Assembly: GCA_040954595.2 (NCBI GenBank)
Contig: CM082587.2
Location: 2,920,175-2,984,174 of the forward strand
Direction of reading: 5' to 3'
DNA: 64,000 bases
DNA from: Balanoglossus misakiensis
Taxonomy: Eukaryota > Animalia > Hemichordata
Part shown: positions 62,501 to 64,000 of the stretch, one piece after another
Position numbering within the stretch: the first letter of the stretch is position 1
How the letters are laid out: every line of letters starts with the position of its first letter
The notes under the pieces: generated by a model
The model's input: the letters and a program-made list of their open reading frames with translations, nothing else
Database searches by the model: none
Told to the model about the DNA's origin: nothing
Position numbers and translations under genes: made by a program

Positions 62501-64000
62501 ACTTCGCGAATTTCAAAATTTGGTGATTTTTTGATAAAAACCATGGGTTATAGCTCATGAAAATCATCCAGAAATGTCAATTTTTCGACTTCGCGAAATT
62601 TCAAAATTTGGTGATTTTTTGATAAAAACCATGGGTTATAGCTCATGAAAATCATCCAGAAATGTCAATTTTTCGACTTCGCGAAATTTCAAAATTTGGT
62701 GATTTTTTGATAAAAACCATGGGTTATAGCTCATGAAAATCATCCAGAAATGTCAATTTTTCGACTTCGCGAAATTTCAAATTTGGTGATTTTTTGATAA
62801 AAACCATGGGTTATAGCTCATGAAAATCATCCAGAAATGTCAATTTTTCGACTTCGCGAAATTCAAAATTTGGTGATTTTTTGATAAAAACCATGGGTTA
62901 TAGCTCATGAAAATCATCCAGAAATGTCAATTTTTCGACTTCGCGAAATTTCAAAATTTGGTGATTTTTTGATAAAAACCATGGGTTATAGCTCATGAAA
63001 ATCATCCAGAAATGTCAATTTTTCGACTTCGCGAAATTTCAAAATTTGGTGATTTTTGATAAAAACCATGGGTTATAGCTCATTAAAATCATCCAGAAAT
63101 GTCAATTTTTCGACTTCGCGAAATTTTAAAATTTGGTGATTTTTTGATAAAAACCATGGGTTATAGCTCATGAAAATCATCCAGAAATGTCAATTTTTCG
63201 ACTTCGCGAAATTTCAAAATTTGGTGATTTTTTGATAAAAACCATGGGTTATAGCTCATGAAAATCATCCAGAAATGTCAATTTTTCGACTTCGCGAAAT
63301 TTCAAAATTTGGTGATTTTTGATAAAAACCATGGGTTATAGCTCATGAAAATCATCCAGAAATGTCAATTTTCGACTTCGCGAAATTTCAAAATTTGGTG
63401 ATTTTTTGATAAAAACCATGGGTTATAGCTCATGAAAATCATCCAGAAATGTCAATTTTTCGACTTCGCGAAATTTCAAAATTTGGTGATTTTTTGATAA
63501 AAACCATGGGTTATAGCTCATGAAATCATCCAGAAATGTCAATTTTTCGACTTCGCGAATTTTCAAAATTTGGTGATTTTTTGATAAAAACCATGGGTTA
63601 TAGCTCATGAAAATCATCCAGAAATGTCAATTTTTCGACTTCGCGAATTTTCAAAATTTGGTGATTTTTTGATAAAAACCATGGGTTATAGCTCATGAAA
63701 ATCATCCAGAAATGTCAATTTTTCGACTTCGCGAAATTTCAAATTTGGTGATTTTTTGATAAAAACCATGGGTTATAGCTCATGAAAATCATCCAGAAAT
63801 GTCAATTTTTCGACTTCGCGAATTTCAAAATTTGGTGATTTTTGATAAAAACCATGGGTTATAGCTCATGAAAATCATCCAGAAATGTCAATTTTTACTC
63901 TCACGAATGTGTAATTATGTTTTAACATTAACAAATTTGGTGATTTTTGATAAAAACCATGGGTTATAGCTCATGAAAATCATCCAGAAATGTCAATTTT
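56505..64000. repeat. 88-bp tandem satellite, subfamily B (about 85 copies, runs off the window)
   Basis: Unit ccatgggttatagctcatgaaaatcatccagaaatgtcaatttttcgacttcgcgaaatttcaaaatttggtgattttttgataaaaa; about 13 of 88 positions differ from A. Confidence 0.97.

Noticed and set aside
49247-64000. CRISPR-like array or coding ORFs in the tandem repeat
   Set aside because: Monomers are contiguous with no unique spacers and no cas genes. The short ORFs arise from chance indels in an 88-bp (non-triplet) unit.
55000-64000. Homopolymer length variation as biological satellite divergence
   Set aside because: Scattered single-base indels in A/T runs are typical of low-coverage long-read consensus error.

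Overview
Intron-rich animal genomic DNA, probably from a marine invertebrate (the taxon is a guess from gene content). About 49 kb is gene-dense and the rest is an 88-bp satellite array running off the end. In order, the window holds: the 3' end of a Slo2/KCNT K+ channel (+); a single-exon RING-Bbox-CC-NHL TRIM gene (-); a PH-coiled-coil-TBC Rab-GAP with an unexpected JIP3/ARHGEF10-type WD40-like C-terminus (-), which hosts an antisense angiopoietin/fibrinogen-like gene in one intron; GDAP1 (+); an orphan paraoxonase (PON) last exon (-); a DEG/ENaC channel carrying 13 exon-shuffled LDL-receptor class A repeats in its ectodomain (+), the standout feature; three tightly packed 9-exon PON paralogs (-), one lacking the catalytic His115; a decayed LINE; and a two-subfamily 88-bp satellite with signs of conversion and nascent higher-order repeats. 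Exon boundaries were read by eye from GT-AG sites and reading frame and may be off by a few bases. Family assignments come from remembered motifs, not from database searches.
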